Shown here in pieces: positions 38,727-48,722 of a stretch of 64,000 bases of DNA. Positions within the stretch are counted from its first letter, which is position 1; each line of letters begins with the position of its first letter. Made by a program: the position numbers and the translations under genes. Below the pieces are notes generated by a model, which saw only the letters and a list, made by a program, of their open reading frames with translations, searched no databases and was not told the origin of the DNA. Source of the stretch: an uncultured bacterium (lineage in GTDB: Bacteria > Actinomycetota > Acidimicrobiia > Spongiisociales > UBA5794); NCBI GenBank assembly GCA_963801165.1, contig CAWDDT010000004.1:96001-160000 (forward strand). The letters are read 5' to 3'.

Positions 38727-39367
38727 TCTTGCTCCTCATTCATTTGCATGGGGACTTGGAAAGTCCCCTCGGTGTACATGAGAACGGCCTCGTTGACGTA
38801 CGCAACCGCGCCTTCCTTCGAGAGGGGGTCGAGTCCGGTGACCTCCTCGAGGTAGGGGCGAAGCATGATGAGGCCGAGGTCGTTCGAAAGCAGGATCGCG
38901 GCTCGAACCGCCGGGTTGGCGCCGGGCCTGGCGACGCCGGCGGCTATCAATTCGTCCATGACGGCGACACTGTCGGCATACCAGCGTTGGAACAGATCGC
39001 GAGCCGCCTGGTCTCCGGTCAGCAGGAGACGTCGGAGGTATGCCGGTAGCGGCGAGTCCGGAGGAAACCCGGCGGCGAGGGCTTCGACGAGGCTGGTCGA
39101 TCCAGCGTCGGTCACAGACTCGCTCAGCTCGTCGGCGAGTACGTCGAGCATCGCCTCGAAGATGCCGGCGACCTGAGCATCGATCGCCTCCCGCAGCCCG
39201 TCCTTGCTCCCGAAGTGGTGAAGGATGAGCGCGGGTGAGACGTCGGCGGCGGCGGCGATCTCTCTCACGGTGACCGCATCGGGCCCCGATTCGGCAAACA
39301 GTCGTAGGGCGGCGTCGCGTATCGCCGCCTTGCCGCTTGGATCCGCTTCTTTGTTGACTGAACGCAT
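38723..39367 (-). CDS. TetR family regulator
   Basis: IRDAALRLFA...TVREIAAAADVSPALILHHFGSKDGL. Confidence 0.9.
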   Translation of the reverse strand: MRSVNKEADPSGKAAIRDAALRLFAESGPDAVTVREIAAAADVSPALILHHFGSKDGLREAIDAQVAGIFEAMLDVLADELSESVTDAGSTSLVEALAAGFPPDSPLPAYLRRLLLTGDQAARDLFQRWYADSVAVMDELIAAGVARPGANPAVRAAILLSNDLGLIMLRPYLEEVTGLDPLSKEGAVAYVNEAVLMYTEGTFQVPMQMNEEQE

Positions 39368-39403
39368 GTTCAGCACACTAAACGCGCGTTCAGCAAACGT
39401 CAA
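39358..39403 (-). promoter_or_regulatory. Leaderless promoter with two tandem palindromic TetR operators
   Basis: CTGAAC-GCAT-GTTCAG (39358-39373) and CTAAAC-GCGC-GTTCAG (39378-39393); minus-strand TTGACG-17 nt-TAGTGT. Confidence 0.7.
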
Positions 39404-39522
39404 GTAGGCATTTCCCGCTCGAAGCTCATAGGTTGTGTACGGTGTCGATCGTGGAGGACGGAGATGGCAGATGACAGGACGGATTCGCCGAGTTTGCTCG
39501 ACATGATGCGAAAGGTGTCCGC

Positions 39523-39921
39523 ATGACGGCGCCGGTGCTCTACCTGACCTTCCCCGGCAACGCCCGCGAGGCGCTCGAGTTCTATGCCGGCATCTTCGGC
39601 GGCGACCTTCAGCTCAACACCTATGCGGAGTTCTCCCGAACCGACGGTCCGGCCGATGCGATCGCTCACGGCGTGCTCAGCGGGGGACCGGTGGCGCTGT
39701 TCGGGTCGGACGCTGCTCCCGGCGAGGTACCGGTGCGTATCGAGGGGGCGATGTTGTCGCTGCTCGGGACCGCCGAGCCCGCCGTGCTTCATACATGGTT
39801 CGATCGGCTGGCCGTGGGCGGCACGATTGTCGACCCGCTGGCGCCCAAGCCGTGGGGAGCCTCAGACGGCCAGGTCGTCGACAAATACGGTCTGCACTGG
39901 CTAGTCGGCTACGAGCCCTGA
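39523..39921 (+). CDS. VOC family (PhnB-like) protein
   Basis: YLTFPGNAREALEFY...WGASDGQVVDKYGLHWLV. Confidence 0.88.
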   Translation: MTAPVLYLTFPGNAREALEFYAGIFGGDLQLNTYAEFSRTDGPADAIAHGVLSGGPVALFGSDAAPGEVPVRIEGAMLSLLGTAEPAVLHTWFDRLAVGGTIVDPLAPKPWGASDGQVVDKYGLHWLVGYEP

Positions 39922-39998
39922 CGGGATTGTCACACCCGGGTGTGAACATGACCAGGCGCGGTTCCTCCGGAGGATCCAGGAGGTGTACGGTGTCTGAC

Positions 39999-40294
39999 AT
40001 GGCAGCGACGACGATGCGACCGGGGGATCGGTTCCCGATGTCATGGGATGAGTAGTGGTTGAGATTCTGTCATCGGATCCCGCCCGCGACATCATCCGCA
40101 AGGCCGCCAAGTATGCGGCGGCCGGGGTGTCCCGGTATTGGATCATCGATCCGGATGGTCCGGAGGTCATCGTCTATGAGCTTGGTGGCGGGGTATTCGT
40201 CGAGCGAGGCCGCCACCGGTCGGGCACCACGGTCACCCTCGACGTCGGTCCGGCCGCGGTCACAGTCGATCCGGGCGATCTGGTGCGAGCGTAG
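39999..40294 (+). pseudogene. Uma2 family endonuclease with internal deletion
   Basis: MAATT..PMSWDE is joined directly to VVEILS...KYAAAGVSRYWIIDP; the middle part present in the paralog at 48 kb is missing. Confidence 0.8.
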
Positions 40295-40574
40295 GAGCTC
40301 ACCGCCAACTCAGTCGACCCACGGGCTGAGCAGCTACTTCCACTCCTCGATCGATGCGATCTGCGGCAAGCCGAGGTGAGCCACGGGTCGACGGGAGAGA
40401 CGGTCCCGGACAGTCGCCTTCGGCGCCGGGCAGGACGACAAATACGGTCCCACTCAGACAATCTATGACAAGCCGGGGCTATCGGTGGACTCGTTGCAGA
40501 ATCGAGATCCCAACCCGGTGCTGATGATTCCGCTCGATCGTTCCCAGCCCCACCTCTTGTAGCCTGAATCCGGC

Positions 40575-41824
40575 GTGGGAGCAATTGTGACGCATTCTCT
40601 TGGCAGAACCTCCTATTACGTGGTAGGCCTTGCGCTACTCACGATGATTACGAGCTGCACAGGGCACGCTCCAAGTGGGGAGAAGCCAGCCGATGCGGAC
40701 CTTCAGCCCGGCGACCTCGTATGGTCCACTGATTCGGATTGGCCCGGCGGCATTGCCGATCCTTCGCTTGTCACAGCATTGGCAACGACGGGTAGCCGGG
40801 CGGTTGTTGCTTTGGTCGGCCGATCAGGCGAGATGCGGGCGGCGGAGTCAAATGACGCCGGGTCCACCTGGGATGAAGTAGACATCGAGGCGGCGTGGAC
40901 GGGGCCCGTTGCCCGCGGCTTCTCATCGGACGGCGTTGCGTTCCTCGCCGGTCGCATTGGAAGCCGCGCTGCGCTGGTTGTTGTTCAGAATGCCGACCGC
41001 AATTGGGCGATCAGTTACCCCGACGGTCTGAGGCTCGAGCAGTCTGTGGCCCGGACAGCGTTTGCTGTGCGGGAGTCGTTTCTCGTCGCTGGGACGACGC
41101 GGAGGAGAGGGAGAAGAGCGGCCCGTTGTGTGGCGTTCCGAAGATAGTGGCGGGGCCTGGCACGCAACAGAACTCCCGATCGAGGACGGCTCAATCGCTC
41201 AAGTCAGGGCAGTCGCAGTCAACGAGCACGTCACCGTCGTGGGCGGCTCTATCGCGCATCCGGACGCCGCCTTATACGAAGACGGCACCGTTAGGAAGCC
41301 AGTTGTCTGGATCTCAGCCGACGACGGGGCGCATTGGAAGGAGGTTCACCTGGATTCTCTCGATGCTCCCGATGCCAGCGTTACCGCGATTGCGGTGGGC
41401 GACAATACGTTTCACGCTATTGGAGTGCTCACCGATCGTGCCTGGGGACTCGGTGGACAAGGCCTTGATAACTCTCAGGATCTAGCAGAGTGGAGACCAT
41501 CGCCAGGTGATGTCTTAGCTGGACTGTTTCGACGCCACGGAGCCTGGCGCTCAGACCCCTTACGCGATGGTGGCCAATACCTCGAACGTCTACGTTGTTG
41601 GTACCAGTAGCGAGGAATCAGCTGGGTATCGCCGTCCGGTGGTCTGGGAAAGCGATGACACTGGTCTGGTACGCCGAAAGGAGTTCTCTTCGCTCGAAGG
41701 AGATGTCTCAGGCATTGCAGGAGCAGTGCGCATCGGTGATCGATGGCTTGTGGCCGGGACGTGGTATCTGGGTGGCGACGTAGTGAGCGGGCGGGCAAAC
41801 TGGCTCCTCATTGGACAGGGGTAG
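40575..41824 (+). pseudogene. Lipoprotein with Asp-box/BNR-like repeats, frameshifted (near 41100 and 41570)
   Basis: Lipobox ITSC; ESNDAGSTW, WRSEDSGGAW, WISADDGAHW, WESDD spread over three frames. Confidence 0.65.
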
Positions 41825-42086
41825 GGAAGGATTGTTGGGGTGCTGATCTGTGAAGCAGAGCATTGACCTATTGTTCCTGACCGGGCAAGCGATCGACCGG
41901 CTGACCGACGCAATAGTTGACGTGACATTGACTGTCAGGGGAGCTGGTGGCACGATCGCCCAGGTACAGAAGCAGGCAGTAAGCTGAGAGCTATCAGCGA
42001 TCGTCGCTATCGGTGACCTTGACGATCCACCGACACCGGGCGATTTGCGGGTCTGGAGTACGGTAGGATTGTTCTTGGAAAGGTAA

Positions 42087-42554
42087 TTGCTCAGATTCCA
42101 GACGGCCTTCGATAGGGCTAGCGCTGTGCTTAGATTTCGCAGTTTCGCTGTTGCGATTCTGTGCGGTGTTGTCCAAGCTGGGTTAGCGGTGTACTCCATC
42201 GAGCTCGGACCCGATAACGCGTATGGTCCTGGTGGCGCCTGGCTGATTCTGTCGGGGATGGTGTGTACGCTCGTCGCTGCGGAATGGGTAGTACTTGCCG
42301 TCGTCGGCGCTCTCATCTCCTATCGGTATCGATCCGGTCCAGCGTGGTTGCGGAACACCGCAGTAGCTGCGGCTTCGGTTCTATTGGCGTTGCCCGGGAT
42401 CAACGTTGCGGTAGCGTACGTTGAAGCGCCGCTCTGGGCTGTGTTGGCCGGGGCGATGTCATTTGCGATGTGGGCGTGGGCAACTCTCCGATCCGGGCGG
42501 CTGTCACATGACTTCACATTGCTTCCGAACAGGAGCGGCATCTCTACTCCATGA
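42087..42554 (+). CDS. Hypothetical membrane protein
   Basis: Four hydrophobic segments; atypical codon usage. Confidence 0.5.
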   Translation: MLRFQTAFDRASAVLRFRSFAVAILCGVVQAGLAVYSIELGPDNAYGPGGAWLILSGMVCTLVAAEWVVLAVVGALISYRYRSGPAWLRNTAVAAASVLLALPGINVAVAYVEAPLWAVLAGAMSFAMWAWATLRSGRLSHDFTLLPNRSGISTP

Positions 42555-43315
42555 GTCTGCCACAAAATAGGAGGCTGGTTCCCCGATCGAAGTGAATTGT
42601 GCCGGCGGACGCTGTCGCAGCTCGCCCGACGGGGCTGGAGGCTTGTTCGCGATCCACGCTCGTGTTGCGGCAAAGCCCGCTAGCGCCTCCGCCGAGGAGA
42701 AGGATTTCTTCTCTGTCCTGGCTCGGTATCTCGGATGTGGTTTTGGGACTATTGACGTGATGACAGCAGCTGGACGGTTTCGCACGGATGCTCATCCCGG
42801 TAGCTAGTCTCCTCGATCGCCTCGATTGCAGCGACTGGTCGACCGTGACTGTGGCGCTCCTGAAGCGCGACACCAAACCGAGCCGCGTCGCGATCAGCCA
42901 GTGTTGGGGGCGGACACCGGCTAGGTCCCAAGAGGTAGAACAGGAGCGGCCACCCCATTGTGGGTCAACTCAGACTCCGTCGTCCGTTCTACACGGCGGC
43001 GACGTCGACGTTGAGTAGGGCGGTCAGGATGTTGTGGTGTTCCGGGGCGATTGGGACACCCAGGGCCACCGTTGACATCGGGATTCGGACGGCTACCACA
43101 GACGAAGTTGGACCGATTGGGCACAATCTCTCGGGCTCGACTGACTCCGGCTCGGTCGAAGTTGTTGGCCCGGGGATGGAGGCTATGTTGAGAGTGGAGC
43201 CAAGGTCGATGGATCGGGGTGGAACGGTTTTGGCGTGTCTCTGAGTGCGCCGGGTGTCCACGTGCGGCTTTCTGCTTCATGGGATGTTCGGGACCTCAGA
43301 TTCTGGAAGTGAGGT

Positions 43316-43528
43316 ATGGGTTCTATCGCCGGAGGGTTTGTGCTGCTCGCAGGTGCTATCGTGGCAAGGTTAGACCTCGCTCGTCTCGATAGGTGGGCGG
43401 CACGCCTGTCGCGAGATGGCGCCAGCGCTCAGAGAGCGAAGCGGTTTAATAGAGCCGCAATAGCCGTGCTCACGCTGATGGGGGTCGCTCTCATTGTTGC
43501 GGGGCTTGTGAGCACCGTGGCCAACTGA
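43316..43528 (+). CDS. Small two-TM hypothetical protein
   Basis: GAGG RBS, two hydrophobic helices. Confidence 0.45.
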   Translation: MGSIAGGFVLLAGAIVARLDLARLDRWAARLSRDGASAQRAKRFNRAAIAVLTLMGVALIVAGLVSTVAN

Positions 43529-43909
43529 CGGACCCGACCTCGAGCTGTGGAGTGATGAGAACCTGGCCGTCCTCACCGTCGCCTACCCGCCGACAACGAC
43601 GAGAGCATCGGACAGGGACGGGAGGCAGTGACGATACCATCTGGCCCAGACCGCTAGACAGCGTCCGCGGGCCCGCCCGCGACTGATCATCCGCGAGACC
43701 GTCCAAGATGCGGTTAGCAACGTACCCGCCAGCACCGGTTGTAGCTAGCCTCGCTGCGCCTGTCGCACAATCGACCGTCTGAATGTCGGCGCATGCTCCG
43801 ACCGTGAACGGTACCGAGGTCACAACGTTCACGGCCGTCGTGGCACCAGCAAGCAGCTTGGAGGTATCTTTGATCGGTCTAGTTAATCAATGATCCCCGA
43901 GGTTCTCGA

Positions 43910-44092
43910 ATGAGCTTCAGCCAAGCACTAGGTCTGTGTGTGTCCGTTGGCGGCATCGCCTTCGCCCTGATGCTGCGCTCGGACAAGAAAAAGGGGTACC
44001 GCGATTTGCTCAGGATGGAGCTTATGTGGCCGCTGATTCTCCTTGTTAGCAGCGGTTGCCTCGTATGGGAGCTATGGGCGTTGGCGCGATGA
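43910..44092 (+). CDS. Small two-TM hypothetical protein
   Basis: GAGG RBS, two hydrophobic helices, 60 aa. Confidence 0.45.
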   Translation: MSFSQALGLCVSVGGIAFALMLRSDKKKGYRDLLRMELMWPLILLVSSGCLVWELWALAR

Positions 44093-44510
44093 CAGCTGAC
44101 AAGGCTCGCGGGTGAATCGCCCGCATCGTGACGCTAGCGCTGTTCGCCGAATTCCACAGACTGGCTGGCGGTGTCACCGGGGAATGGCCAACTTGGGCGG
44201 AGAGGAGATCCTCGACTGTGTCAGCGGCGGCACCTGTCTAGCACTATCAATGGATGAGACGGGCTGGGATCTCGCCGGAGGTGCATCTTTCGGCAAGACT
44301 GGCAATCTCTTGGGCCATCACACCGCGTGGACGCTCGGCTACGAGGAGGTAACGACGACTCTCTCAAGAGTTGCCAAACACCCCGCTCTAGGGCCTAAGT
44401 TGGCGCTTGAGACTTGCTTGGTACAAGCGTGGGCACGTGCCGAGATCGCCCTATTGGACGCATTGATGAACACGGCACAGAGTGTCACGGGCAACCGAGG
44501 ACCTTGAGCA

Positions 44511-45221
44511 GTGAGCAGTCGCATCGATACCCGACCTGGTGTGACAGTCCCCGCGCTCGGTTTCATTACGCTCGGCGTGGCCTTCTTGGCGGTCGCGACG
44601 ATCGCGAACGCAGCTCGCGGCGAGTATGGCCAGGCGATTGCGTTTGGGGTGATGACCTTGCTCGGAGGCGTCCTTTTTGTCGTTCCTCGTCGTGCATTTT
44701 CAATCCTCGTCTCTTCGGAGGGTGTGAGCCTGTGGCCCGATTCGTTGTCGAGGTACTTCAGGTCGAAGTGGCTGCCTTGGTCTGAGGTCATTGGGTACGA
44801 ACTCAAGGGCCGACGCTCCTCAGAAACACCCGTAGGCTCACAAATCGTGGCCAGGACGGTGCGGGGCGACACGGCTGTGGTGTGCCAGATACCGACCTGG
44901 TTGCTAGACAGTGCGAGGTGGTTCGGCCAGGCGGTGGAGCGTATGCTCCGCGTGCTCGAAGAAGAGCGGCACACCGGCCTCGAGACAGTGGGCAATCGTG
45001 CGGTGGCACTGCGTAGCAACGTTCTGTTTCGATGGGCAGAGCGCGGCGGTGAAAGAGGACCAAAACACCAAGATCCTGAGTATGGCCCTTGCCGTGGGAT
45101 CGTGGTGAACCCACTCGTGAGCGTGGTCACCGAACTCCGCGATGTTCAGCGGTTCGTTCCGTATCCCGCCGTTGAACGAATCGATCCGCAGGTTCTCCCT
45201 GGGGAGCCGAGTTCGATGTAG
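44511..45221 (+). CDS. Membrane protein with bacterial PH-like domain (3' part overlaps the IS remnant)
   Basis: Two TMs then ILVSSEGVSL...WLPWSEV. Confidence 0.5.
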   Translation: MSSRIDTRPGVTVPALGFITLGVAFLAVATIANAARGEYGQAIAFGVMTLLGGVLFVVPRRAFSILVSSEGVSLWPDSLSRYFRSKWLPWSEVIGYELKGRRSSETPVGSQIVARTVRGDTAVVCQIPTWLLDSARWFGQAVERMLRVLEEERHTGLETVGNRAVALRSNVLFRWAERGGERGPKHQDPEYGPCRGIVVNPLVSVVTELRDVQRFVPYPAVERIDPQVLPGEPSSM

Positions 45222-45250
45222 AAGGTGCCGAGCCGTGTGAGGTCGCATTA
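45055..45250 (-). mobile_element. Degenerate IS3-family transposase fragment
   Basis: GTFYIELGSP.ENLRIDSFNGGIRNEPLNIAEFG...RPYSG resembles the IS3 integrase core YIEPGSPWEN..ESFNGRLRDE.LN...RPHS. Confidence 0.65.
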
Positions 45251-45467
45251 GTCCGCCAGCGTGTTGACGATCATATTCGAGGCTTTGACGAGGCCAGGAA
45301 CGAGCGGAGACAGCTAAAGCGTCTTGGCCGAAACGACATCCCGGTCGCCCGCTGATATCGGCCGGCCAGGGCGAGGTGCGTCCACGTTACATAGTGATTG
45401 TGCCGGCGGACGTGGGCTTGACCGCGGACCTATTCTCTTGGTTTGGAAGGTCGGTGAAGGTACGTCA

Positions 45468-45908
45468 ATGATGGAGTTCGACAGGCGCGGACTAGTGCGG
45501 ATGATCGCAATCGGATTGGGTTTGACAACGGTCTGCGCGTGGGTGGCGGCCGCGGGCGTTACGACGAGCGTGTGGCCGTTTACGAGTTCAACCGTAATGA
45601 GAGCGCTTGGCGCCGTAGGTGCGTCCGCTTCACTAGCTCAGACAGTGCCCTTCCTGGGCATGCTGGCACGCCGACACAACCCGGCCATCGAGGGCAACAA
45701 CTCCTTCGTGACGATCCGAGCGGTTTCCGGGAAATCGCGTGTCATCGAATGGACAGATATCGAACGCGTCGAGTTGAGGCGCAACGCAGTCGACCTTCGA
45801 CTTCGGTCAGGCGGACGCGTCCGCGCATATGGCCAGGTCATTGCTGCGCGACACAAGAAGGCGATGGCAGAGGTTGCCGAGTTCTTCGCGAAGAGGGTTG
45901 CTCATTGA
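45468..45908 (+). CDS. Membrane protein with PH-like domain
   Basis: Two TMs then RVIEWTDIERVEL...LRLRSG. Confidence 0.5.
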   Translation: MMEFDRRGLVRMIAIGLGLTTVCAWVAAAGVTTSVWPFTSSTVMRALGAVGASASLAQTVPFLGMLARRHNPAIEGNNSFVTIRAVSGKSRVIEWTDIERVELRRNAVDLRLRSGGRVRAYGQVIAARHKKAMAEVAEFFAKRVAH

Positions 45909-46010
45909 GCCGCTACCGGGGGTCAAATGGGGGACGAGGCGAGAATTTGACCCTGGGCGCTTGCGCCGCCCACGGTTCCAACGATCCGAAGGACGATATA
46001 GCTGGTGCGT

Positions 46011-46634
46011 CTAGGGCGCCAAGCCCAGCCGTTCCTCTGCCTCGAGGATGATGCCTCTGATGTGTGCCGTCGACAGGCCCAGAGCGGTGCCGGCCTTGTG
46101 GATCTGGGTGAGTTCGTGGTCGTCGATGGAGCCGTCGGCGGCGGCGATCTCCAGACAGGCTGCCAGCAGCGATTCCTTGCCCTGGTCGTTGAGCGACCCG
46201 GCAACACCCTCCAACCGTCGCGCCAGGTCACCGTGTTTCAGGTCTTTGAGGTCGTCTTCGAGATGCTGCATCGTGTACGGGGTATCGGCGTACCGCTGCA
46301 TCACCTCGAAGCCCTTCTCCTTCTCGGCGTCGGTGACGACACCGTCTGCGGTAATCAGGGACACGACTGCCTGGCGCACAGCGTTGGCCAGGTTATCCAT
46401 CATGTCGGCGGCGGTCGGCATCGAGAGCACGCTGACGTTGTAGGTCGACCCGCACGAGCTGCACTCGATGAACTCGCCGAGCACCTTGAGCGGGACGACC
46501 GGTATGAAGAACAGGGCGAACCATCTCCGGGCCTGGCGCCTCCGGTAGCTGCGATCACCGCCATCGTGCGGGCAGTAGAACCTGCCCTCGCTGAGCGTCC
46601 GGTAGCGAACCCTGATTCCAAAGATGATCAGCAC
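46011..46634 (-). CDS. Zinc-ribbon + TerB family protein
   Basis: IIFG..FYCPHDG...WFALFFIPVVP...ECSSC; ADGVVTDAE and AADGSIDDHE TerB motifs; GTG start with AAGGA RBS. Confidence 0.85.
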   Translation of the reverse strand: MLIIFGIRVRYRTLSEGRFYCPHDGGDRSYRRRQARRWFALFFIPVVPLKVLGEFIECSSCGSTYNVSVLSMPTAADMMDNLANAVRQAVVSLITADGVVTDAEKEKGFEVMQRYADTPYTMQHLEDDLKDLKHGDLARRLEGVAGSLNDQGKESLLAACLEIAAADGSIDDHELTQIHKAGTALGLSTAHIRGIILEAEERLGLAP

Positions 46635-46705
46635 GGAGTGTTCCTTCTTTGCTTGGTGCGGCGGTTCTGATGCTACCGGCGGTGGCCGTGTAGCTCTGCG
46701 CCCCT

Positions 46706-46936
46706 GTGTTCCACACGATCTATACGCTGTCACGGCAAACGAAGGCGGCGCTCGCAGCACGTGCCGCTCTCAGCGGTCGCTCGTTACACGACTACCTGCG
46801 CTCGTTTCTGATCGACCTTGCTGCAAAGCCGAGCATCGACGAGCTGATGGATCGTATCGCGGCTCGGAAGCGTGTAACCCGGATCGAGCTGCCGGCTGAG
46901 ACGATCCTCGATCACCTGAGGGCCGACCGAGCCTGA
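46706..46936 (+). CDS. FitA-like ribbon-helix-helix antitoxin (orphan, N-terminus possibly damaged)
   Basis: LAARAALSGRSLHDYLR...ILDHLRADR. Confidence 0.6.
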   Translation: MFHTIYTLSRQTKAALAARAALSGRSLHDYLRSFLIDLAAKPSIDELMDRIAARKRVTRIELPAETILDHLRADRA

Positions 46937-46967
46937 CGTGTCAAGCCATGGCTGTCGGCTGGCAAGG

Positions 46968-47142
46968 CCCTCACCGCCTTCCGTGCCGGCTTCGCCGGCA
47001 CGTCGGCACCTCTCCCAGGGGGAGAGGAAAGGAGAGTGTCGTGTCTGACGGTGGATTGGCGTTTGGAGCGGGTGATGCCTCGCGGTGCTGAGACGAGGAC
47101 GGCTTCGCCGGCACGTCGGCACCTGTCCCAGAGGGAAGGGAA
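46968..47142. repeat. REP-like palindromic repeats
   Basis: 25-bp direct repeat CGGCTTCGCCGGCACGTCGGCACCT (46987-47011, 47100-47124); hairpins CGTGCCGGC-TTC-GCCGGCACG and CCTCTCCC..GGGAGAGG. Confidence 0.75.
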
Positions 47143-47199
47143 CGTCCTGTCTGTGGGCGAGTTTCCTACCATGAAGCTACCGAAACCAGGAGGTCTTCT

Positions 47200-48040
47200 G
47201 TGGAGCGTGTCGTTGTAACCGGGGGAAGCGGGAAAGCAGGTCGGGCGGTGGTCGCCGACCTGACGGAGCACGGGTTCGACGTGCTCAACGTCGATGTGGC
47301 CGCCTCGTTGCATCCCGACGATCCGACCCGGGTCGCCGATCTCACCGACCTCGCACACACGATCGAGTCGCTGCGGGGTGCCGATGCCGTTGTACACCTG
47401 GCCGCCATCCCGGCCCCGAACATCGTCCCGAACGGCGAGACGTTCCGCATCAACATGATGTCGACGTACAACGTGTTCTCGGCCGCGGAGCAACTGGGGC
47501 TGGAGCGGGTGGTCTACGCCTCGTCGGAGACTCTCATCGGGCTGCCGTTCCATCGGGAGCAACCCAGCTATGCACCGATCGACGAGAAGCACCCGCGGCT
47601 TCCGGAGTCCCATTACGCCCTCGCCAAGCTGGCGGGGGAGGTCATTGCCGAGCAGTTCAACCGCTGGTCGGGGATCCCGTTCCTCGGTCTGCGTATCTCC
47701 AACATCATGGAGGAGCACGACTACCAGCGGTTCCCCGGCTTCTGGGACGATCCGACTATCCGCGCCTGGAACCTGTGGGGCTACGTCGACGCCCGCGACG
47801 TCGCCCAGGCGGCCCGGCTCGCCCTCACCGAAGACGTCACCGGCAGCCGAGGCGTTCCTGGTGGCGGCCGCCGACACGTGTATGACCACCGAGAGCTCGG
47901 AGCTGTTGGCCCGGGTGTACCCGGACGTTCCCATCGCCGGGGACATCTCCGGCTACACGACGCTGCTGGCAATCGGCAAGGCAAGATCGGTGCTGGGATA
48001 CGAGCCGCAGCACTCCTGGCGCGACCACGTCACGGTGTAG
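47200..48040 (+). CDS. NAD-dependent epimerase/dehydratase, frameshift near 47845
   Basis: TGGSGKAG, HLAAIP, YALAK, YVDARDVA; the C-terminus KARSVLGYEPQHSW is in another frame. Confidence 0.85.
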
Positions 48041-48044
48041 CCGG

Positions 48045-48574
48045 TTACCTCGACAGTTCCTCTAGCGAGACACGGACCGTCGCCGGGCCGATGTCGATTT
48101 CGATCGAGTCGAAGCGTCGCCGTGGCCCGTCTCGCAAAACACGCCGTCGACCAGCGTGTACGCCGTCAGCTCGAGGTCCTGCGGGTCGATGATCCAGTAG
48201 CGAGGCAAGCCGGCCCCGGCGTATTTGTGGAACTTGCGGATGAGATCCCGACCCCGATCGTCGGACAGGATCTCGACCACGAGATGCGGGGTGTGCGTGT
48301 AGCGCACGACTTCACCGTGGTCCGCAAAGACGATCACGTCGGGAATGAACTCGTCGTCACCTGGCTTCCAACCCCACTCCGTCGCCACGCGGGTTCCGGC
48401 GGGTAGCACCCCCTCGATCGCGTTGGCGAGGCGACGAGCGATGGTCTGGTGCGGGAGCGTCGGGGACGGGCTCACGATGAGGTGCCCATCGATGTACTCG
48501 CCCCGGGTGTCCTCGCCCAGTGCGAGATACTCGTCCCAGGACATAGGGACACGGTCGCCGGTCGTTGCTGCCAT
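48045..48574 (-). CDS. Uma2 family (PD-(D/E)xK) endonuclease, probable frameshift near the C-terminus
   Basis: EYIDG..VSPSP..HQ, IPDV, LVVEILS, KYAGAGLPRYWIIDP; the paralog-like tail IDIGPATVRV lies in an alternative frame ending at 48045. Confidence 0.85.
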
Positions 48575-48722
48575 GGTGACATCCACAGTACTCCCTTGGG
48601 TATTGGCGATGTCCCCAAGGTATCGGTGGTGAATGACAGATTCTCGCTCTGGCCAACCGTCCGGGTCTGTGGGGTCGCTCGGCCCTTCGCCAAACCGCCC
48701 CGGGGCTGTAGGTTTGACCGTC

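Noticed and set aside
39358-39393. GAAC-N4-GTTC as a LexA box
   Set aside because: Flanks are TG/CA rather than TCG/CGA. The site is tandemly duplicated over the tetR promoter and is better explained as that TetR's operator.
40295-46000. Prophage or integrative element
   Set aside because: No integrase, tRNA/att site, or phage structural or conjugation genes detected.
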